A stretch of DNA of 60,189 nucleotides from Terriglobales bacterium (GTDB lineage Bacteria > Acidobacteriota > Terriglobia > Terriglobales > SCQP01), in NCBI GenBank assembly GCA_051959955.1, contig JBQCEU010000181.1:1-60189 (forward strand), given 5' to 3'. Numbering within the stretch: position 1 is the first letter of the stretch; the number at the start of each line of letters is the position of its first letter. Below the pieces are notes generated by a model. The model was not told the origin of the DNA and made no database searches. It saw only the letters and a program-made list of their open reading frames with translations. Below, piece after piece: positions 8,838 through 17,882 of this stretch. The translations under genes were made by a program, and so were the position numbers.

Positions 8838-10553
8838 ATGATTTACAATCGCATTGCAGCGCGCCTCGATCTCGGCAGGGGTTGCCGCTTTATAGTTTTG
8901 TGGGCCGCCTTGACCGCCGCCCTCGCTGCTGCCACGTTGCCGGGCCAGGGAGTGCTGGTGCACCTCAACTCCACCGATGTGGCTGGATTCAACTTCCGCC
9001 ATGCGACCCAGGCTTTGCGCCTGAACCCCACCCGCGACCTTTATCTGGTGGTTGCCACCGACGGCCGTACCGACCAGCAGCTCCTGACCGAGATACAGAC
9101 CGATCCGGTGGCCGTCAATCCGGTTCTCAACGCTCCCGTCGCCCTGGCGCAGCCCGCCCTCGACGGTCAGTCCACGGCTTCGGTGCTGAACGGTTCGACA
9201 TCTACGACCACTACCACCACCGCCAGCTCGGGCGGCCTGCTCGGTGGGCTTCTCCAACCTGTGCTCAATTTGGCTGGCAACCTGCTCAACCCGCTTCTGG
9301 GCACAGTGCTGAACGTCAACATCAACTTGGGCGGCAGCACAAGCTCGAGTGGAATTCTCAACTCCGCGCCCACGTATTTCTATGGCGCGGTGGTCCCCCA
9401 AGCCTATCCGCAGCAGAAGGCCGTCAGTCAGATCAGCGCCGGTTCTGCGGCTCATAATCTGGCCACCGGCAAGGGTGTGGAAGTGGCGCTGATTGACAAC
9501 GGTGTCGATCCGTTCAACCCGGTGTTGACGCCGTCTCTCGACGGTAGCCGCGGCTATAACTTCTACGACAACAGCCCCAATTGGTCTGCCTACGCTGACC
9601 TTGCCGATGGCCCGGCATCCGGATCCAATCTCGACGGCCAATCCACGGCTTCGGTGCTGAACGGCCAGTCCACCGCCTCGGTTCTGAATGGCCAGTCCAC
9701 CGCTTCCGTGCTCAACGGCAGTACCTGCCAACAACAGTTCGGTGCCGACGGTTCGCGGCTGAATCAGTCCACCGCTTCGGTGCTGAACGGCCAATCCACC
9801 GCCTCGGTGCTAAACAGCGAGGACAGCACCACGGTGATCAGCGAACTGAACCTGATCCTGGGCTGCGATCCGGATTTTGGCCACGGTACATCGGTAGCGG
9901 GCCTCATCCATCTGGTGGCGCCGCAAACCAGGATTCTGCCCATCAAGGCCTTCGGCCCCGGTGGCACCGCCGATGTGGCGGCGATCTACCAGTCCATCAC
10001 CTATGCCATTGACCAGCATGTGCAGGTGATGAATCTGAGCTTCAGTGCCACCGCCGCCTCGCCGGTCATCCAGGCGGCAATTCAGGAAGCTATTCACGAC
10101 GGCATCGTGGTGGTAGCGGCCGCCGGCAACGACAGCGGAAGCACCGCCGTCTACCCTGCTTCGCTGCCCGGCGTGCTCGGCGCCGGTGCGGTGGATGGCA
10201 CCCAGGCCGGCTTCCCGCGTGCGCCGTACTCGAATTACGATCCCGCGCCGGGCATCATTCAGAACGCGGACGTAGCCGCGCCCGGCACCAGCCTGTTCAC
10301 GACTTTCCCCGGCGGCGGCCAGATTTGGGCCACGGCCACCGGCACCTCCTTCAGCACCCCGCTGATCGCCGGCGAAGCTGCCCTGCTGGCGCAGTTGCAG
10401 CAAACCGGCGCCGCCGGCAGGAAGCTGATCGAGAACACCGCCAACCCCGCGATTACCGGAGATGCCCATGGCGAATTGGGCCACGGCATGGTGAACGTCG
10501 AGTCCGCGCTCCGCTCGGCTTCACCCGGCTTGTTGTCCTGGCTGCTCTGGTAA
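8838..10553 (+). CDS. Exported S8 (subtilisin-like) serine peptidase with a repeat-bearing insertion
   Basis: Catalytic contexts are present: VALIDNGVD (Asp), HGTSVAGLI (His) and GTSFSTPLIAGEAALL (Ser). It has an N-terminal signal-like segment. An AGGAG sequence lies 7 nt upstream of the ATG. Confidence 0.9.
   Translation: MIYNRIAARLDLGRGCRFIVLWAALTAALAAATLPGQGVLVHLNSTDVAGFNFRHATQALRLNPTRDLYLVVATDGRTDQQLLTEIQTDPVAVNPVLNAPVALAQPALDGQSTASVLNGSTSTTTTTTASSGGLLGGLLQPVLNLAGNLLNPLLGTVLNVNINLGGSTSSSGILNSAPTYFYGAVVPQAYPQQKAVSQISAGSAAHNLATGKGVEVALIDNGVDPFNPVLTPSLDGSRGYNFYDNSPNWSAYADLADGPASGSNLDGQSTASVLNGQSTASVLNGQSTASVLNGSTCQQQFGADGSRLNQSTASVLNGQSTASVLNSEDSTTVISELNLILGCDPDFGHGTSVAGLIHLVAPQTRILPIKAFGPGGTADVAAIYQSITYAIDQHVQVMNLSFSATAASPVIQAAIQEAIHDGIVVVAAAGNDSGSTAVYPASLPGVLGAGAVDGTQAGFPRAPYSNYDPAPGIIQNADVAAPGTSLFTTFPGGGQIWATATGTSFSTPLIAGEAALLAQLQQTGAAGRKLIENTANPAITGDAHGELGHGMVNVESALRSASPGLLSWLLW
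9168..9194 (+). repeat. Solo copy of the QSTASVLNG coding module in the subtilase pro-region
   Basis: The sequence cag tcc acg gct tcg gtg ctg aac ggt encodes QSTASVLNG, preceded by LDG as in the first tandem copy. Confidence 0.9.
9639..9818 (+). repeat. In-frame array of five 27-nt modules encoding QSTASVLN(G/S), as 3 contiguous copies, a 45-nt spacer and 2 contiguous copies
   Basis: Copies lie at 9639-9665, 9666-9692, 9693-9719, 9765-9791 and 9792-9818. The QSTASVLN core is identical in all of them, while the codons differ at synonymous sites (caa/cag, acg/acc, gct/gcc, tcg/tcc, gtg/gtt, ctg/ctc/cta, aac/aat). Confidence 0.9.
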
Positions 10554-10627
10554 GGTGCCAGCCGGCACAGTGGCCGTTTTACAGGCAGTTGCTGTAAGCT
10601 GACCGCTGTGCCGTCCTGGAGCCTCTC

Positions 10628-12700
10628 ATGAAATCCCGTCTAATTCTGCTGGGCGCGGTGGTCACTTTGTGGGCCGCCGCGCCGCTTGCTGCTCAGCACC
10701 CGGTAAGTCTGCAAGACGTAATGAACCTGAAGAGCCCCGGTTCCGTGGCCATGTCGCCCGACGGCCAGTGGGTGCTGTACACGGTGCGCGGCTGGACTCC
10801 CGCATCCGCCGGGCAGAAGAAGCCGGTAAAGGAAGAGTCGCGCAGCCATGTCTGGCTGGTCTCGGCCAGCGATCCATCCGGCGCCGGTGCTCCGCGACAA
10901 ATTACCTTCGGTGACAAGGGAGAAAGCGCTCCGGCCTGGTCCCCGGATGGCAAATACATCAGCTTTATTGCCAACCGTCCGGATCCTGACGACCCCGCTG
11001 CCAAGCCTTCGGGCCAGATCTACGTGATGCGAGCCGATGGCGGCGAAGCTCACGCGGTTACCTCGGGCGAGGGCGGTGCCTCCAGCTATGCCTGGTCGCC
11101 CGACGGTACCCGGATTGCCTTCTTGCGCGTTCCCCCCTTGAGCGACGCCGCACAAGCCGCCGAAAAGCGCGGCGACGATGTCGCCGAATATGAAGGTGAC
11201 TTCCGTTTGGCCCGCCTGTGGACAGTGAACCTGGCCAACGGCAAAGAGACAGATTGGACCAGGGGCGACGACTTCACCCTCAAGGGCTCCCCCGTCTGGT
11301 CCCCCGATGGTCGCCAGTTGGTTTTTGCCGCCTCCCCCACCACGCTGCTGCGCGACAATCGCACCAACCTCTATTTGTTGACGTTGGCCACCAAGCAGGT
11401 GCGCCGGCTCACTCAGGGCCTTTCCGCATCTTCCTCACCAGCCTGGTCGCCCGACGGCCTCTCCATCGCTTACCTTTTCGATCCTGACGCCTACAAGGCC
11501 CTCGGGGATGGCATCCCCTTCCAGGACAGCCACAATTCCCACCTGATGCTGCTCGATGTGGCCACCGGCCAAAGCCGCGATCTCTCCTCGCCTGCGTTCG
11601 ATCTCTACGCAGGCAGTCCGGTGTGGTCGCCCGATGGCCGCCAGATTCGCTTCACCACCGGTGATCAGGTCTGGCAGGACGTCTTTTCCTATGACCTCGC
11701 CGGCGGCCAGTACCGCAAGATCACCCATCAACAAGTGATTCGCCTCGATGACCGCAGCTTCAGCCGCGATGGCTCCCGCGTGGCCTTCTTGAGTGAAACC
11801 TCCACCGAACCGGGCGATGTCTATGTCGCGGGCAATGATTTTGCGGCGCCCCGCCGCCTTACCCGCGTCAACCCCCAGGTCGCCGATTTCGCCCTGGGAG
11901 CGACCACGGTATTGCACTGGAAGAGCAGCGATGGCTGGCCGGTCGAGGGTCTGCTGCTTAAGCCCGTCGGGTATCAGCCAGGCCATCGTTATCCGTTGCT
12001 GGTCAACGTCCATGGCGGTCCCACCGGCGCCTTTGCCAACGGCTTCGCCGCCTACAACCAGTTCTGGGCAGGGAAGGGATGGGCGGTGCTTCTGGTCAAC
12101 CCGCGTGGCAGCACCGGCTACGGTGAGAAGTTTCTGCGCGGCAACATCAATGATTGGGGTGGGGGCGACTATCGCGACATCATGACCGGCGTGGACGCGG
12201 CTATTGCCGCCGGTATCGCTAACCCTGACAAGATGGGCGAATGGGGCTGGAGCTACGGCGGCTACATGACCTGCTGGATCGTCTCCCAGACTGGCCGCTT
12301 CAAAGCCGCCATGATGGGCGCCGGGCTCAGCGACCTGGTGAGCATGTACGGCACCACCGATATCCCCAACTACCTCGGCGGCTTCCTCGGCGGTTATCCC
12401 GATGCCGCCACGCTGAAGCTGTATCGGGAGCGTAGTGGCCTTACCTATGCGGACCACGTTACCTCGCCGCTCCTCATTTTGCAGGGCGCCGAAGATGAGC
12501 GCGTACCCACCAGCCAGTCGCTGGAATTTTTCCGCGCCCTGAAGGATCGCGGCAAGACCGTGCGGCTATTCTTCTATCCGCGCGAGCACCACGGATTTGT
12601 CGAGTACTACCATCTGCTCGATCGCTACCAGCGCATTTACGACTGGATCAGCCATTACACCCTGGGTACCGAACCGGTTTTACCCGCGGAGAGAAATTAG
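10628..12700 (+). CDS. Exported S9 family peptidase (beta-propeller plus alpha/beta-hydrolase domain)
   Basis: Has a signal peptide (MKSRLILLGAVVTLWAAAPLAAQ) and repeated W-SPDG propeller motifs. The nucleophile elbow is GWSYGGYM and the C-terminal catalytic His context is EHHGF. Confidence 0.9.
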   Translation: MKSRLILLGAVVTLWAAAPLAAQHPVSLQDVMNLKSPGSVAMSPDGQWVLYTVRGWTPASAGQKKPVKEESRSHVWLVSASDPSGAGAPRQITFGDKGESAPAWSPDGKYISFIANRPDPDDPAAKPSGQIYVMRADGGEAHAVTSGEGGASSYAWSPDGTRIAFLRVPPLSDAAQAAEKRGDDVAEYEGDFRLARLWTVNLANGKETDWTRGDDFTLKGSPVWSPDGRQLVFAASPTTLLRDNRTNLYLLTLATKQVRRLTQGLSASSSPAWSPDGLSIAYLFDPDAYKALGDGIPFQDSHNSHLMLLDVATGQSRDLSSPAFDLYAGSPVWSPDGRQIRFTTGDQVWQDVFSYDLAGGQYRKITHQQVIRLDDRSFSRDGSRVAFLSETSTEPGDVYVAGNDFAAPRRLTRVNPQVADFALGATTVLHWKSSDGWPVEGLLLKPVGYQPGHRYPLLVNVHGGPTGAFANGFAAYNQFWAGKGWAVLLVNPRGSTGYGEKFLRGNINDWGGGDYRDIMTGVDAAIAAGIANPDKMGEWGWSYGGYMTCWIVSQTGRFKAAMMGAGLSDLVSMYGTTDIPNYLGGFLGGYPDAATLKLYRERSGLTYADHVTSPLLILQGAEDERVPTSQSLEFFRALKDRGKTVRLFFYPREHHGFVEYYHLLDRYQRIYDWISHYTLGTEPVLPAERN

Positions 12701-13470
12701 CCCTCCTCCGCGCGCGCAAACAGGTGTCCACTGGCCGGCCAAGCCACCCCGGCGCAAAGCTGCACCCCGCTTTCCGCGTGCAGCAACGAATAGCCGAGCG
12801 GATGCAGCAGCTCGCTGATGGCCTGTGTGCGATCGCACTTGTGGCGGGCCGAGGTGCCATGGATCTCAATCAGCAGGTCAGGGCGGTGCGCGTTCAGCGT
12901 CGCCCGGGCGCCGCGCAACACTTCGAGCTCGTAGCCTTCCACATCAATCTTGATGAATTGCGGCGGAGGCAGCGGTACAGCGCCCATCAGCACGTCCAGT
13001 CTCTCCACCCGAACGGCGCCGGCGGCGAGCCGCAACGGGGTGCGCGCTTCCGAAGCCAGGGAAGCCGTGGTGGGCATGCCGGGCAGCATAAAAATGGTTC
13101 GATCCCCCGGCTCCGCGCCCAGGGCAATTTGCAGCGGCAGCACGTTGCGTATCTGGTTCCGCTGCAGATTGCTGAAGAGAGTGTTAAAGCCGGCCGCCCG
13201 CGGCTCGAACGCCACCACGCGCCCGCCATCCCCTACCCGCCGCGAGAAAAAAAGACTGTAGGCCCCGTTGAACGCGCCCACGTCGTAAACCACAAGGCCC
13301 TGCAGCGGCAGGGTTTCCAGCAGCCGCTCCTCCGGACTGCGCAGCCCCGGCAGGCGCGTCCAGCCGGGCAGGGTCCAGCCGTCGCAGTTGTGGAATCCCG
13401 ACGCCATGTTGCGCCGCAGCAAGCCCGGCCGGTATCGCCCCAATGGCCCCAACCACCGGCGCAGGCTCAC
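12697..13470 (-). CDS. FkbM-family SAM-dependent methyltransferase
   Basis: Contains VYDVGAFNGAYSLFF (SAM motif I) and FIKIDVEGYELEVLRG, typical of FkbM. The GTG start at 13470 forms a GTGA overlap with the upstream stop, so I preferred it to the longer listed ORF. Confidence 0.8.
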   Translation of the reverse strand: MSLRRWLGPLGRYRPGLLRRNMASGFHNCDGWTLPGWTRLPGLRSPEERLLETLPLQGLVVYDVGAFNGAYSLFFSRRVGDGGRVVAFEPRAAGFNTLFSNLQRNQIRNVLPLQIALGAEPGDRTIFMLPGMPTTASLASEARTPLRLAAGAVRVERLDVLMGAVPLPPPQFIKIDVEGYELEVLRGARATLNAHRPDLLIEIHGTSARHKCDRTQAISELLHPLGYSLLHAESGVQLCAGVAWPASGHLFARAEEG

Positions 13471-14216
13471 GGCTGGGCTCCCTCGGCATAGGGCGGCACC
13501 GGGCTGATGCATGAAAACTGAAAGCCGCCGTAGCGGATCGTCAGCACGGCTCGCCCGAACCACCGCAAGTGGGCAATGGTGTGGCTTGCCTCCGGCAGCC
13601 AAAAGTCACCAATCTTTTGGTTGTGGTAATCAAATTCCGCATGGGTCACCCAGAACGAATGAACATCGGGGAGTACACCTTCAATGCGCTCGATGCCAAA
13701 GTCGTCCGGGTTGACCCAAACCTTCCCGTGAAACAGGAAACGTTGGCTCTTGGGCTTTAACGGCGTGGCTCGCAGAACGTAGTCGCGCTGGTTCTCGCCG
13801 TCCGGTTTCTGCAGCAGTTCGAAGCGATAGTTGGCCGGCCCGATCGCCAGCCCTTGCTGGCGGGTCACCTCCGCGTCGTTCTCTTCGGCCTTCACCAAAG
13901 GCTCCAGGACATGGTGCCGCAGCATGCCCGAACCCGCCTCTGAAGTAATGGTGAACCGCTTGGGGCCCGGTTCCTGGTAATCCATGCGCACCGTCATGTC
14001 CGCACTATGGTGCCCCACTCCGCTGTATTCGATGTGGTAAATGCGCATGGCCGAATAGGCATGCAGCGCCTGTGTCCGGGCTGCGTTCATCGCCACCATG
14101 CGCTTCACCACCTCAGCGGCCGGCAATGGCCCTGCGCTGGCGGCGGGCGCGGTCAGTTGCCAGCCCAGACATAGCCCCGCCAACGCCACCACCGCCAGCT
14201 TCCAGTTCTTGCTCAT
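13467..14216 (-). CDS. Exported LolA-like (outer-membrane lipoprotein-sorting-like) protein
   Basis: Has a signal peptide (MSKNWKLAVVALAGLCLGWQLTAPAASA). Overall pattern and size resemble LolA-like or DUF-type lipoprotein-sorting folds, judged from memory. I chose the ATG at 14216. Confidence 0.55.
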   Translation of the reverse strand: MSKNWKLAVVALAGLCLGWQLTAPAASAGPLPAAEVVKRMVAMNAARTQALHAYSAMRIYHIEYSGVGHHSADMTVRMDYQEPGPKRFTITSEAGSGMLRHHVLEPLVKAEENDAEVTRQQGLAIGPANYRFELLQKPDGENQRDYVLRATPLKPKSQRFLFHGKVWVNPDDFGIERIEGVLPDVHSFWVTHAEFDYHNQKIGDFWLPEASHTIAHLRWFGRAVLTIRYGGFQFSCISPVPPYAEGAQP

Positions 14217-14355
14217 TATGTTCAGACGGTTTGGATGCGTCCGGACGGCAGTTTTTTTCGGCTTTCCGCGGCGACGGCCGAGCAAAGCCGGCTGTGCCGG
14301 CGGCAACTTGCCTTACAATACTGGCGTTCTTCATACTCGCGGCTTGGGAGGCCAT

Positions 14356-15636
14356 GTGCGTATTCCGCTTCGGTTCCTTGGGGCATTCGCTCTGGGCGTC
14401 TGCTGTGCGGCTCAGTCCACATCCGGCAATGTGCTGGTAAAAACGGGTACGCTCGTCTTTGACACCCAACAACCCGCCATGGCGAATGGCCAGGTGCTGA
14501 TCCAGAACGGCCGTATTACCGCGGTTGGCCAGAATCTCAAGCCTCCGGCCGGCACCCCGGTGCTCGACCTCTCCAGTCAAACCGTAATGCCTTCTCTGCT
14601 CGACGCCCATACCCATTTGGCCGCGGGTTCCTTTGGCGCATCGCCCAGCGATCCTCTGGCTGCCTTGTACGGCAGTCGCGATGTCGCCTACGCCCTGGAT
14701 TCGGGCGTGGCCGCCATGCGCACGCTGGGATCTTCAGGATTCATTGATGTGGCTCTGGGCAAGGCCATTGATGCGGGAATTATTCCCGGCCCCCACATGG
14801 TGCCTGCCGCCCACGCCATCTCCATCCCCGGCGGCCACGGGGATTTTCTTACCCTTCCCCCTTCCTTGCCCCTCGACGACTACTACGTTCCCATGAACGG
14901 CTTCATCAATTCCGTGGCCGACGCCGAAAAGGCGGTGCACCTGCAGGTCAAATACGGCGCCAAAGTGATTAAGATCATGGCTTCGGGGGGCGTGCTTTCA
15001 CCCTCCGATCTGTTTTCCAGCGAGCAGTTGACCCCGGAGGAGATGAGCAAGATCGTCGAGGTCGCCCATGGCGACAACATCAAGGTTGCTGCTCACGATG
15101 AGAATCTCAAGGCCATCCGCGACGCCGTTCATGCCGGCATTGATTCGCTCGAACATGGCTCCGATGTGGACCAAGGCGTACTTGACTACATGAAGGAGCA
15201 CCACCAGGTCTACGACGCCACCATCTATGTGGTGGACAATATTCTGAAAAACGGCGAGGCCATGCACATGCCCGCCTTTTCGCTGGAAAAGGCGCGCCAG
15301 CTTTCGGTGGCGCACTTTGCCAGCTTCACCATGGCCTTGCGTTCCGGCGTCCTCATGGCGGCAGGTTCGGACCAGGCCTATGGCCCCGGCACCGGCACCA
15401 TCTACAACGAGGTCGTCTCCGAGGTGGAGCACGGCGCCACGCCCGAACAGGCGCTCACCGACGCCACCCAGCACAACGCCGCGCTCCTCGGTCTCGATCA
15501 GCTCGGCACCCTGGCGGTGGGCAAGGAGGGTGATCTGGTCGCCATGTCCGGCAACCCGCTAATGGATATTCATGCCGTTGCCCACTTGACCGCCGTGGTT
15601 TATCAGGGCAAGGTGATTCAAGGGCTCGGTCACTAG
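14356..15636 (+). CDS. Exported amidohydrolase-superfamily metallohydrolase
   Basis: Has a GTG start followed by a signal-like RIPLRFLGAFALGVCCAAQ. Metal-ligand contexts are LLDAHTHL, KIMASGG and AHDE, with AAGSD near the C-terminus. It is a paralogue of the gene at 31105-32427. Confidence 0.85.
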   Translation: MRIPLRFLGAFALGVCCAAQSTSGNVLVKTGTLVFDTQQPAMANGQVLIQNGRITAVGQNLKPPAGTPVLDLSSQTVMPSLLDAHTHLAAGSFGASPSDPLAALYGSRDVAYALDSGVAAMRTLGSSGFIDVALGKAIDAGIIPGPHMVPAAHAISIPGGHGDFLTLPPSLPLDDYYVPMNGFINSVADAEKAVHLQVKYGAKVIKIMASGGVLSPSDLFSSEQLTPEEMSKIVEVAHGDNIKVAAHDENLKAIRDAVHAGIDSLEHGSDVDQGVLDYMKEHHQVYDATIYVVDNILKNGEAMHMPAFSLEKARQLSVAHFASFTMALRSGVLMAAGSDQAYGPGTGTIYNEVVSEVEHGATPEQALTDATQHNAALLGLDQLGTLAVGKEGDLVAMSGNPLMDIHAVAHLTAVVYQGKVIQGLGH

Positions 15637-15642
15637 ACACGC

Positions 15643-16290
15643 ATGAGGTTTTGCAGCTCTTTGGCGATCCTGGGTTTGGCTGCCGGCCTGGCGTGTGCCC
15701 AAACCCCGGCCGGCACCATCATCAAGGCTGAGCTTAAGACCGCCATCAACACCCAGCACGCCCATTCCGGCGACACCATTCAGGCGATGGTGCGCTCCGA
15801 CGTGAAAGTGCATGGGCGAAAGCTTTGGCCCAAAGGCACCCTGCTGACCGGCACGGTGCTAACGGTCATCCCCGCCGAGAGTGACAAATCGCCGGCCCAT
15901 ATCACCCTCGTCTTTCAGCAGGCGACCGGGAAGGGAACTGCTCCCCAGCCGCTGTTGGCGGCCATTGCCAGCGTGGATCAGGCTATGACTTCCATGCCCA
16001 GTGAACCGCCCCGCATCATGCCCAGCGAGCCGCCCGCGGACCCCAACGCCTCCGACAATGGCAAGATGAACACGCTGGGCGAAATGCCCGTGCCCGGCGT
16101 CGTCACCGAAGGCGTACCCAGTCCCGGGCTGGCCTCCAATCAGCCGGCTCGTATCGAGGTCACGCATATGGACAGCCGCGGCAGCGAGCTGTTCAGCACC
16201 CGGGGCGACATTCATCTGCCGGCGGGCACCCGGATTGAGCTCAAGGTGCTCTCCCCGCCCGGCGGCAGCCCACCCCCTCTGCTATTCTGA
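15643..16290 (+). CDS. Secreted hypothetical protein
   Basis: Has a signal peptide (MRFCSSLAILGLAAGLACAQ) and an internal MPSEPP duplication. It starts 6 nt after the amidohydrolase stop. I recognised no family. Confidence 0.6.
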   Translation: MRFCSSLAILGLAAGLACAQTPAGTIIKAELKTAINTQHAHSGDTIQAMVRSDVKVHGRKLWPKGTLLTGTVLTVIPAESDKSPAHITLVFQQATGKGTAPQPLLAAIASVDQAMTSMPSEPPRIMPSEPPADPNASDNGKMNTLGEMPVPGVVTEGVPSPGLASNQPARIEVTHMDSRGSELFSTRGDIHLPAGTRIELKVLSPPGGSPPPLLF

Positions 16291-16293
16291 GGC

Positions 16294-17343
16294 GTGGCTT
16301 CTGCTGACAACTCCCGCCGCCTGCTCACCGGCCAAGCCGGAGAGGAAGACGCCGGGTTTGAGTCTAGCCTCCGCCCCAGGCGCCTGGCAGAGTACATCGG
16401 TCAGACAAAGGCCAAGGAGCAACTGGCGCTGGCGATTGAGGCCGCCCGCACCCGCGGAGAGCCTTTGGACCATGTGCTGCTCTATGGTCCGCCCGGCTTG
16501 GGCAAAACCACGCTGGCCGCCATCATCGCCGAAGAGCTGAGCGTAGCCTTCCAGTCCACCGCCGGGCCGCTGCTCCAGATTAAAGGCGACCTGACGGCCA
16601 TCCTGACCACCTTGCAAGCCCGCCAGGTGCTGTTCTTCGACGAAGTTCACCGGCTGCAGCCGCAATTGGAAGAGATCCTGTATTCAGCGCTCGAGGATTA
16701 TCGCCTCGACATCATCATCGGCCAGGGTCCCGCGGCTCGCACTCACACCATGACCCTGGAGCCGTTCACCTTCGTGGCTGCCACCACCCGCGCCGGGCTG
16801 GTTTCCGCCCCGCTGCGCTCGCGCTTTGGCCTGATTCTCCGCCTCGAGTTCTACGAACCCAAGGACCTGGAGACCATCCTCCACCGTTCCGCCGGCATCC
16901 TCAACGTCCCCATGGATGCCGACGGCGCCGCCCTGCTGGCCCGCCGCTGCCGCGGCACCCCGCGCATTGCCAATCGTCTGCTGCGGCGCGTTCGCGATTA
17001 CGCCCAGGTGCGCGCCCAGGGTCGCATCACAGCCGACGTCGCCGGAGAGGCGCTCAAGCTACTGGAGGTGGACGAGTACGGCTTTGATGAAGCCGACCGC
17101 CGCCTGATGCTGGCCTTGATCGAAAAGTTTGATGGCGGCCCGGTGGGGGTGAACACCCTCGCCGCCGCCCTGGCCGAGGAGCCGGACGCGATCGAGGAGA
17201 TCTACGAGCCGTTTTTGATGCAGATCGGCTTTCTCAACCGTACCCCGCGCGGCCGCGTCGCCACCGCGCTCGCCTATCGCCATTTCCGCCTCACCCCGCC
17301 TCGCCACCGCGACGACCCGCAGGCCGGACTTTTCTCCTCTTGA
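16294..17343 (+). CDS. ruvB: Holliday junction branch-migration ATPase RuvB
   Basis: Contains [12 protein letters not shown], Walker [20 protein letters not shown] and a canonical C-terminal winged helix. It uses a GTG start. Confidence 0.97.
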   Translation: MASADNSRRLLTGQAGEEDAGFESSLRPRRLAEYIGQTKAKEQLALAIEAARTRGEPLDHVLLYGPPGLGKTTLAAIIAEELSVAFQSTAGPLLQIKGDLTAILTTLQARQVLFFDEVHRLQPQLEEILYSALEDYRLDIIIGQGPAARTHTMTLEPFTFVAATTRAGLVSAPLRSRFGLILRLEFYEPKDLETILHRSAGILNVPMDADGAALLARRCRGTPRIANRLLRRVRDYAQVRAQGRITADVAGEALKLLEVDEYGFDEADRRLMLALIEKFDGGPVGVNTLAAALAEEPDAIEEIYEPFLMQIGFLNRTPRGRVATALAYRHFRLTPPRHRDDPQAGLFSS

Positions 17344-17822
17344 TCGCCTATCTCTCGTTGGGCTCGAATCGCGGCGACCGCGCCGCCCACCTCCACGCCG
17401 CGATGGCCGAACTGGCCGCCGCCGGATTGCGGGTGCTCGAGGTCTCTCCGTTGCTGGAAACGCGCCCTTTGGCGGCGCCGGGCCGCCGCCGCTTTCTCAA
17501 CTGCGCCGTGGCCGTCGAAACCGATCTGCCGCCGCGCTTGCTGCTCCGCCGCCTGCACCGGCTCGAGCGCCGCCACGGCCGCCGCGGCCGTCCCCGTGCC
17601 AACCTGCCCCGCACCCTGGATATCGATCTGATCTTTTACGGGGGCGTGCGTATCCTGACTGCGGAGCTTCAGCTCCCGCACCCGCGCTTTGTCCAGCGCC
17701 CCTTCGTGCTGGCGCCGTTGGCCGCCATCGCTCCCCGCCTGCGCCCTCCGCGGCGCGATCGCACCGTGGCCCAATTGGCTCGTCGGCTTACTCCCCCAGT
17801 CGTCCCACTCAGCCGGTCCTGA
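17340..17822 (+). CDS. folK: 2-amino-4-hydroxy-6-hydroxymethyldihydropteridine diphosphokinase
   Basis: Contains [24 protein letters not shown] and RPFVLAPL, the canonical HPPK motifs. Its TTG start overlaps the ruvB stop (TTGA). Confidence 0.9.
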   Translation: MIAYLSLGSNRGDRAAHLHAAMAELAAAGLRVLEVSPLLETRPLAAPGRRRFLNCAVAVETDLPPRLLLRRLHRLERRHGRRGRPRANLPRTLDIDLIFYGGVRILTAELQLPHPRFVQRPFVLAPLAAIAPRLRPPRRDRTVAQLARRLTPPVVPLSRS

Positions 17823-17882
17823 CGCGGCCGGGCGGAGCCGGCCAATGTCGGCGAGACATGGGGTTGTGCCTGTCGGCGGTGC

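Noticed and set aside
9639-9818. Short regularly spaced DNA repeats that might suggest a CRISPR array.
   Set aside because: The repeats are 27 nt, mostly contiguous with no spacers, in frame inside a protease gene, and diverged at synonymous sites. They are a coding repeat, not CRISPR.
17826-17843. A GGCCGG-N6-CCGGCC hairpin between convergent folK and the S41 protease, considered as a possible bidirectional terminator.
   Set aside because: It has only a 6-bp stem and no flanking T or A tract. Similar palindromes arise by chance in DNA this GC-rich, so it is too weak to call.
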